Below, in pieces: positions 63,545 to 64,000 of a stretch of 64,000 nucleotides of DNA. The position numbers were made by a program, and so were the translations under genes. Numbering within the stretch: the stretch's first letter is position 1; each line of letters opens with the position of its first letter. The notes beneath the pieces are model-generated. The model made no database searches and had not been told where the DNA came from. It saw nothing but the letters and a program-made list of their open reading frames with translations. Source of the DNA: Bdellovibrionales bacterium (GTDB lineage Bacteria; Bdellovibrionota; Bdellovibrionia; Bdellovibrionales; UBA1609); contig OZ241456.1 of the NCBI GenBank assembly GCA_965200875.1, forward strand, positions 1,561,774 through 1,625,773. The letters run 5' to 3'.

Positions 63545-64000
63545 ATGAAAAGTTTATTTTGGCATTATCCCCGTAAATGGGGTTTATCCGTTTTTAGATT
63601 TTTATCCGCCAAAAAATACTGGCTTTTGATCCTGACAGGAGCTTACTGTATTGCAGACTTGGTTGTGATTAGTTTACATCCTGTCTTCCTGTTGGATAAA
63701 GCTCCTCTGCCTGTCCTTAGCCGTTCTTCACGACAAAAGACTGATGGAGTAGAATCACAATATATGCCTATATGGGACTTAAATATGTTCCACAACGAAG
63801 AAATACCTATTGAAGACATTGTGCAAAATGACACACCTCAAAAGTCCCGCCTGCCTCTCCAGCTAAATGGCGTTATTGTTTACAGAAACTCAAACTACTC
63901 CATCGCCAGTATCACGCTAAAAGACCAAAATTTATCTGGAGCATACCGCGTAGGGGAACAAATAGAAAAAACAGATACTATAAGCAAAGCGTCTAAAGTG
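63545..64000 (+). CDS. Type II secretion system protein C-like (GspC), 3' truncated by the window end
   Basis: My own translation from the ATG at 63545 gives MKSLFWHYPRKW..., a single TM (YWLLILTGAYCIADLVVISL), then ...SRLPLQLNGVIVYRNSNYSIASITLKDQNLSGAYRVGEQI, which resembles the GspC HR domain. The frame stays open to position 64000. Confidence 0.4.
   Translation, partial: MKSLFWHYPRKWGLSVFRFLSAKKYWLLILTGAYCIADLVVISLHPVFLLDKAPLPVLSRSSRQKTDGVESQYMPIWDLNMFHNEEIPIEDIVQNDTPQKSRLPLQLNGVIVYRNSNYSIASITLKDQNLSGAYRVGEQIEKTDTISKASKV

Overview
This is a chromosomal segment from a low-GC diderm bacterium. The lineage cannot be fixed from the sequence. The pilT, gspC-like, lspA-like, PBP4 and ResB genes fit a Gram-negative organism, possibly Bdellovibrio-like or Oligoflexia, but that is inference only. 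The arms at 1-28.66 kb and 50.9-64 kb are ordinary housekeeping. They carry an SSF transporter (5' truncated), lspA-like, peptide SBP, dacB, smc, tRNA-Ser(GCU), tRNA-Arg(ACG), ggt, grx2-like, mutY, alaS, recX, pilT, cinA/pncC-recA, tadA, gltX, glpX, gcvP, then holA, metK, lepA, lepB, pyrB, carA, a ResB-like gene, an FGase-like gene, an aldehyde dehydrogenase and a gspC-like gene (3' truncated). Between gcvP and holA lies a visibly AT-richer accessory island of about 22 kb (28.67-50.8 kb). It has no integrase and consists almost entirely of conflict modules. (i) A Type III R-M system (mod, res) has an extra 142-aa ORF wedged between the two genes. (ii) A four-gene cassette with overlapping start and stop codons encodes a KTSC protein, a GIY-YIG nuclease, a 68-aa ORF, and a PrrC/RloC-family ABC ATPase with a coiled-coil CPLC zinc hook and a HEPN-like tail. 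(iii) An Rpn-type PD-(D/E)XK nuclease has a repeat-rich C-terminal cassette bracketed by a perfect 25-bp direct repeat. (iv) A TIR-STAND NTPase gene is interrupted by one in-frame TAG exactly where the conserved TIR Trp is expected. (v) A DprA-like (SLOG) gene is paired with a phosphoribosyltransferase. (vi) A Type II R-M pair follows. (vii) A second Rpn-family nuclease carries 24-bp tandem repeats. (viii) Two secreted proteins close the island. Module borders, and several core intergenic regions, carry two interleaved families of structured MITE/REP-like repeats. These show compensatory stem substitutions, and two of them supply the 3' ends of genes. The cassette in (ii) and the TIR/SLOG/PRTase neighbourhood in (iv)-(v) are the best candidates for something not yet described.
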